Part shown: in pieces, positions 28,749-32,000 of the stretch | Layout of the letters: each line of letters begins with the position of its first letter | Numbering within the stretch: position 1 is the first letter of the stretch | NCBI RefSeq assembly: GCF_965196625.1 | Contig: NZ_OZ239769.1 | Span: 330,001-362,000 of the forward strand | Source: Candidatus Saccharimonadota bacterium | GTDB lineage: Bacteria > Bacteroidota > Bacteroidia > Cytophagales > Amoebophilaceae | Reading direction: 5' to 3' | DNA: 32,000 bases | Translations under genes and position numbers: made by a program | Notes under the pieces: generated by a model | Seen by the model: the letters and a program-made list of their open reading frames with translations, nothing else | Told to the model about the DNA's origin: nothing | Databases searched by the model: none

Positions 28749-30221
28749 TCATAAGCGGGCTAGTAAGGATTTGATACTAGTTGTAACCTCTAAATGGCTA
28801 GCTACTTCGGCCATGTGGATGCGATGCTGTGCCATAGCATCTCGTTCCCGTATGGTGACGGTTTCATCTTCTAGTGTTTGGTAGTCAACCGTAATACAAT
28901 AAGGCGTACCGATCAGATCTTGTCTGGTATAGCGTTTGCCAATCGATTGGGCTTCTTCATAAATCAGCGGGAAATCATACTTAAGCGTATCAAACAGCGC
29001 TAGCGCTCTTTCGGCTAATCCATCCTTTTTAACCAATGGAAAAATAGCTGCTTTAATAGGCGCCAATGGTGCCGGGAGCTTTAAGTAGGTTCTTTGCCCA
29101 TCTGTTGGATGCTCCGTTTGTACGAAACCATTGCTCAACAACATTAAAACCAACCGATCAAGCCCAACAGAAGTCTCTATAACGTATGGCGTGTAATGCT
29201 TTTTCAAGTCAGGATCAAAGTATTGCAATTTCTTTTTGGCATACTGTTCATGGCTTTTTAGGTCAAAATCCGTTCTAGAATGAATCCCCTCTACTTCTTT
29301 AAAGCCAAATGGAAAAGCATATTCAATGTCAACCGCAGCGGTTGCATAATGGGCCAGTTGTTTATGGGGATGTAGGTTGAGCTTCTCTTCGTTGATGCCT
29401 AAGCTGCTATACCAAGCTTTGCGATTTTCTTGCCAATAGTTGAACCATTTTGCCTCCGTGTCAGGTTGAATAAAAAACTGCATTTCCATTTGCTCAAACT
29501 CACGCATCCGGAAAGTAAATTGACGCGCTACAATTTCATTCCGAAATGCTTTCCCGATTTGGGCAATGCCAAAAGGAATCTTCATCCGTGCTGTTTTTTG
29601 CACATTCAAAAAATTCACAAAGATACCCTGTGCCGTTTCTGGTCGCAAATAAAGAGTCGTTGCATCATTTTGTGCCCCCACTTGCGTGGAAAACATAAGA
29701 TTAAATTGACGTACAGGGGTCCAATGGTTCGTCTTCGATAGGGGGCATGCAATAGCGAAATGCTGCAGGAGCTTGTCTAACCCAGTTAGGTTACCAGCCT
29801 GTAAGCAGTGCTCCATCTCTTCTATTAAGTCTTGTGCTTCAGCCGGTTTCCCTTGGGCCACCAATTGTGCCGCATGCTCCTCGATCAGCAGGTCTACACG
29901 ATACCGCTTTTGAGAATCCTTATTGTCTACCATTGGGTCTGTAAAGCCATCTATATGGCCAGAAGCTTTCCAGGTAGTAGGGTGCATCATAATGGCTGCA
30001 TCAATCCCTACAATGTTTTGATGCAGTTGGGTCATGCTTTTCCACCAAAAGTCTTGTAGATTGCGTTTGAGCGCTATCCCATACGGACCATAATCATAAA
30101 TAGACTGTAAACCATCATAAATTTCACTAGATGGATAGATAAAACCATAGGCTTGCGCATGTGCAATCAATGCTTTAAGAGTATGATTTGACCGATCTAA
30201 AGCAGCATCTGTAGGAGACAT
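28749..30221 (-). CDS. glyQS: Glycine--tRNA ligase (dimeric class II GlyQS type)
   Basis: 490 aa. YGFIYPSSEIYDGLQSIYDYGPYG, FRNEI..R.FTFRMREFEQMEMQFF and GLDRLVL are class II / GlyRS hallmarks. Confidence 0.9.
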   Translation of the reverse strand: MSPTDAALDRSNHTLKALIAHAQAYGFIYPSSEIYDGLQSIYDYGPYGIALKRNLQDFWWKSMTQLHQNIVGIDAAIMMHPTTWKASGHIDGFTDPMVDNKDSQKRYRVDLLIEEHAAQLVAQGKPAEAQDLIEEMEHCLQAGNLTGLDKLLQHFAIACPLSKTNHWTPVRQFNLMFSTQVGAQNDATTLYLRPETAQGIFVNFLNVQKTARMKIPFGIAQIGKAFRNEIVARQFTFRMREFEQMEMQFFIQPDTEAKWFNYWQENRKAWYSSLGINEEKLNLHPHKQLAHYATAAVDIEYAFPFGFKEVEGIHSRTDFDLKSHEQYAKKKLQYFDPDLKKHYTPYVIETSVGLDRLVLMLLSNGFVQTEHPTDGQRTYLKLPAPLAPIKAAIFPLVKKDGLAERALALFDTLKYDFPLIYEEAQSIGKRYTRQDLIGTPYCITVDYQTLEDETVTIRERDAMAQHRIHMAEVASHLEVTTSIKSLLARL

Positions 30222-30403
30222 CTATTTGTTTGGTTGTGGTTTAAGTAAAAACTCGGCTTGTACAGGGCCTCTGGCACCATTAGATGGCATCGTCCAAAGC
30301 TAATAATTTTTTTTAAATTAAGTTTAAAAACCAGGCCATTGCAGTATTTCATGAGCTGTCGTTTGCCTGAAAGGTATCCATTTTTTATTTTTAGCTTATC
30401 GCT

Positions 30404-31153
30404 TTGATACAAATAGAAAAACTAGAGCAGAAAATCTTTTTTATATCAGATTTGCATCTGCCCCTTCGGCCCAGTGGCATAGATCGTTCTCCTTGGCTAG
30501 AGGATCAGCTATTGGATTGGCTAGACTATATAAAACCACAAGCACAGGCCCTATTTTTATTAGGAGATGTCTTTGACTTTTGGTTTGAGTATAGGTATCT
30601 TGTTCCTAAAGGCGCCATTCGGTTTCAGGCAAAAATGTGGGAATTTTATAAAGCGGAAATACCAGTCTATTTTTTTTTAGGGAACCATGATGGCTGGTCC
30701 ATAGATTATTTAACACAAGAATGTGGTGTACAGCTATTTAGAAAACCAGCTTCCATTACCATTGCCCATAATCGGTTTTTAGTGGGCCATGGCGATACCA
30801 TGCATCCTACCACTGGTTATGCGCTATTGCGTAAATTATACCATAGTAGTTGGCTGCAATCTTTTGTGCGGGCTTTGCCTCCGGATTGGGTCTATAGTAG
30901 GGTAGACCGTTATCTTACCAAAAAAAAACATGCAAAGTCTTCGTTTTTCGAAGAAAATGACCGTATATTTCATTATTGCAAGGATAAAATAGAACCTTTT
31001 AATCATCATGAATTTTATATATTTGGCCATACACATTGTCCATATATAAAGGCGTTAAACCATTCAAGCAGGTATTGTAACCTTGGTGCTTGGATCTCGG
31101 ATCGTACCTATGCTTGTTTTGATGGTCTATCCCTTTCATTGCTTAAATTTTAA
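30404..31153 (+). CDS. lpxH: UDP-2,3-diacylglucosamine diphosphatase (LpxH-type metallophosphoesterase)
   Basis: FFISDLHL, LLGDVFDFWFEY, FFLGNHD and VGHGD motifs. TTG start as in the track. Confidence 0.8.
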   Translation: MIQIEKLEQKIFFISDLHLPLRPSGIDRSPWLEDQLLDWLDYIKPQAQALFLLGDVFDFWFEYRYLVPKGAIRFQAKMWEFYKAEIPVYFFLGNHDGWSIDYLTQECGVQLFRKPASITIAHNRFLVGHGDTMHPTTGYALLRKLYHSSWLQSFVRALPPDWVYSRVDRYLTKKKHAKSSFFEENDRIFHYCKDKIEPFNHHEFYIFGHTHCPYIKALNHSSRYCNLGAWISDRTYACFDGLSLSLLKF

Positions 31154-31228
31154 TACTATACTGGTACTGCGTATACCATTTAGTAAGCTTTTATTTCAAA
31201 ACTTTTAATGATTAGACCTCTATAGTAC

Positions 31229-32000
31229 ATGGGAATTTGGAGTTATTTTTATATAGATATCGCTGTCGATCTAGGAACAGCCAATACGTTAATCATCCAC
31301 AACGATAAAATTGTTGTAGATGAGCCTTCTATTATTGCAATAGATCGGAATACGAATAAGATGATAGCAGTGGGAAAAGCTGCTATGCAGATGCATGAGA
31401 AAACGCATGATACGATACGTACTATTAAACCGCTCAGGGATGGTGTCATTGCAGACTACCATGCAGCAGAGCTGATGATTCAGGGGATGATCAAGATGTT
31501 ATCTAAAAAGAAACTATCCCTGTTTACACCATTTTTTAATAGAATTATCATTTGCATTCCATCTGGTACCACTGATGTAGAAAAGAGAGCCGTTCGGGAC
31601 TCTGCTGCTCATACAGGTGCCAAAGAGGTTTATATGATTTATGAACCTATTGCGGCTGCTATAGGCATAGGCGTTCAGATTGGAGAGCCTATTGGCTGTA
31701 TGATTGTCGACATTGGCGGCGGTACAACAGAAATAGCGGTTATCTCTTTATCTGGCATTGCATGTGATCAATCCATTAAAGTAGCTGGGAATGCATTCAA
31801 TAAAGATATATTGGACTATATGCGCAAGCAGCACAATCTAGTGATTGGGGAGCGTACGGCAGAACAAATTAAAATAGCCGTAGGCGCTGTTTGGATGGAT
31901 TTAGGTGAACCACCCGCTGATTATGCCGTACATGGCAAAGATCTTATGACTGGTATTCCTAAGATTATATCGGTAAGCTATAGAGAGATAGCCGTTGCTT
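31229..32000 (+). CDS. mreB: Rod-shape-determining protein MreB (3' end outside the window)
   Basis: The ATG at 31229 is followed by MGIWSYFYIDIAVDLGTANTLIIHNDKIVVDEPSIIAIDR...RTIKPLRDGVIADY...DIGGGTTEIAVISL. The frame stays open to the window end. This gene is not in the ORF track because there is no stop. Confidence 0.9.
   Translation, partial: MGIWSYFYIDIAVDLGTANTLIIHNDKIVVDEPSIIAIDRNTNKMIAVGKAAMQMHEKTHDTIRTIKPLRDGVIADYHAAELMIQGMIKMLSKKKLSLFTPFFNRIIICIPSGTTDVEKRAVRDSAAHTGAKEVYMIYEPIAAAIGIGVQIGEPIGCMIVDIGGGTTEIAVISLSGIACDQSIKVAGNAFNKDILDYMRKQHNLVIGERTAEQIKIAVGAVWMDLGEPPADYAVHGKDLMTGIPKIISVSYREIAVA

Noticed and set aside
28627-28884. 85-aa plus-strand ORF between tRNA-Ala and glyQS
   Set aside because: It overlaps the 3' end of glyQS in antisense and has no recognisable features.
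1-32000. CRISPR arrays, rRNA genes, riboswitch/T-box leaders (upstream of the PLP enzyme gene and glyQS), and recognisable defence or toxin-antitoxin modules
   Set aside because: I found no regularly spaced direct repeats, no rRNA-like sequence and no convincing conserved leader structures. The intergenic regions concerned are short or lack the expected motifs.

Overview
AT-rich bacterial chromosomal window. The gene content looks Bacteroidota-like: FtsL-type small protein, PASTA-tailed FtsI, DAP-type MurE, LpxH, MreB and an Ig-like lipoprotein. The number of broken genes suggests a host-associated, endosymbiont-style genome (Amoebophilaceae-like is my guess and cannot be verified here). Housekeeping genes I recognise are recG, a frameshifted M32 carboxypeptidase, ftsL-ftsI-murE, rnhA, tRNA-Ala(GGC), glyQS, lpxH, mreB (runs off the right edge), a Cys/Met-family PLP enzyme and a PAP2 phosphatase. 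The most unusual content is on the minus strand at about 3.1-15.2 kb. It holds four tandem paralogs of a sodium:solute symporter (SSF/SLC5) family. One intact 1204-1215 aa copy fuses the transporter to about six extra TM helices, a histidine-kinase-like module with degenerate ATP-binding boxes, and a RelA/SpoT-type HD domain in which the catalytic HD dyad reads YE. A second long copy is broken by a frameshift and a TGG->TAG nonsense codon, yet its C-terminal signalling module stays nearly identical to the intact copy. Two short copies contain the transporter core only; one of these is truncated against a GH25 lysozyme fragment. The second notable feature is the ~600 bp AT-rich spacer upstream of recG, which carries seven DnaA-box-like 9-mers (four perfect TTATNCACA) and is a candidate oriC. 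Other observations are a tandem pair of orphan membrane-anchored paralogs (one with an in-frame TGA), a dcw cluster cut down to ftsL-ftsI-murE, and a 600 bp stretch of gene fragments (IS5-family transposase, HTH, AAA-ATPase-like). No CRISPR array or rRNA was seen.
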